From the NCBI GenBank assembly GCA_000146045.2, contig BK006949.2, positions 544,001 through 608,000 on the forward strand: a stretch of DNA of 64,000 nucleotides, in the 5' to 3' direction. This document shows positions 62,901 to 64,000 of this stretch, in pieces (position 1 is the stretch's first letter; every line of letters begins with the position of its first letter). The notes beneath the pieces are model-generated. The model had not been told where the DNA came from, ran no database searches, and was given only the letters and a program-made list of their open reading frames with translations. Position numbers and translations under genes: made by a program. The stretch comes from TPA_inf: Saccharomyces. Lineage: Eukaryota.

Positions 62901-63312
62901 TTAAGTTAATCGTAGAAGTTCCACTTTGCGTAGAAAGGGGTACTTCACTGGGATTATATGGTGCATTTTTGGAGAAGTCCTTATTTGATGAGGAAATCTG
63001 GTCCTTGCTTGGCCGACTTAATCTGTTTTTCACCTTTGAATGCCTCTTTTCATGTCTGATCAGTAAATCTTTCCTTACAAACGTTTTATTGCAAGGCGCA
63101 TTTGTAGTAGGAAGCACGTAAGAACAAACATATATCTCTTTCGGCCAGTGGTTTAGCTTGTGTCTTGATAAATGTTCCTGACGTGAGAAAGTTTTATTAC
63201 ATTCGGGATGTGGACACCTAAATCTTTCAGCAGGAGAAGAGCTTGAATTTGGTGATAAATCGTTATCATTTTCCCTTTTCCGGAGCCTGCCAGCCAACTC
63301 TTTGCCGTGCAT
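59911..63312 (-). CDS. YPR022C: C2H2 zinc-finger protein with long poly-Q/Gln-rich regions, 1133 aa
   Basis: Two N-terminal C2H2 fingers are present ([23 protein letters not shown]; [18 protein letters not shown]). Q-runs are encoded by (CAA/CAG)n. The known start [10 protein letters not shown] is Met4 of the longest ORF (ATG at 63310-63312). Confidence 0.8.
62365..62409 (-). repeat. Coding trinucleotide repeat: plus strand (TTG)6(CTGTTG)n, giving ~15 consecutive Gln codons (CAA/CAG) in YPR022C
   Basis: The sequence reads ttgttgttgttgttgttgctgttgctgttgctgttgctgttgg. It encodes the Q15 run in the ORF translation. Confidence 0.9.
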
Positions 63313-64000
63313 TTTTGCCAATATTAAGAGCTAGCTTCACTGCTTTATTGGTCACTTTTTATAATTATAAACATAGTAGATGAGTCCTAGAATCTCAATA
63401 CAGCCTTTAAAACTATTAAAGAAGCTGTTCGCAACTCACAAAAAAAATAAAAAAATAAAGCAGAACGAAAAAAAAAAAAAACAAAAAAAACAGTTAACTA
63501 TTCTAATTACTTAGAATCTTTAAAAGTCTTACTGTAATTCGATCAGTGGAGAAGGAAAGCGCACATGTGATATCTCGCAATTTCTTCTCAAACTACCTTG
63601 ACAGTAATTTTTCTTAAAAACGATTGGCTCCTACATGAAATCCACGAAAAAGCACGGTAGTCTTGTTAGAGGACACTGATATACGAGGAAAGAATTGATA
63701 AAGCGGAAGGTCTTTGGAAACAATTCAAGACCGATGACATAACTTTTAAGAGGTAGGTGGGGAAGCCCATATGGAGAATTTTAAAAGCAATAGGGTGCTC
63801 GCTTCCAAGCAAATTAGTACTTTTTTTTTTTTTTTAGCAGGAGAATAAAGCTTCAAGCTAATGCACTAGAGTTCGAGGTGCATCATTTCAGTTTTTTTTG
63901 CTAGGGCATAATTGATCAGCCTGTTAAACTCATTGCATAGTCAGTAAATTTACAATCCCCGAAAATAATGGTTCCCTTAAATAAGCGAGTTAAGGACTTT

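Overview
This window reads as a pericentromeric stretch of Saccharomyces cerevisiae chromosome XVI. It runs from NCR1 (YPL006W) across the point centromere CEN16 to YPR022C. The CDEI–CDEII–CDEIII architecture of CEN16 is visible directly in the sequence. Gene identities are my recollection of the S288C gene order and protein lengths set against the supplied ORF track; no database was searched. It is a dense, well-annotated housekeeping region with 28 protein-coding genes. The ORF track misses one of them: YPR010C-A, a two-exon small ORF with canonical GTATGT…TACTAAC…AG splice signals. Three intron-bearing or intronless tRNA genes (Phe-GAA, Gly-GCC, Lys-CUU) are present; the first two have the usual Ty delta/LTR debris roughly 80–100 bp upstream. 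One of these is a younger solo delta inserted into an older LTR with an intact 5-bp target-site duplication. Several classic promoter elements can be read directly: URS1, a palindromic MCB pair, RRPE and long poly(dA:dT) tracts. I see no evidence of a novel or undescribed system. The points worth a second look are an inverted pair of related LTRs flanking an ~11-kb block, a methylcitrate-cycle gene cluster beside the centromere, a paralogous zinc-finger gene pair separated by a 4.7-kb gene-free interval that holds a perfect 18-bp hairpin, and coding trinucleotide repeats. In several cases the longest ORF overshoots the documented start codon, and the corrected coordinates are given. There are no prokaryotic-style features such as CRISPR arrays or operons.
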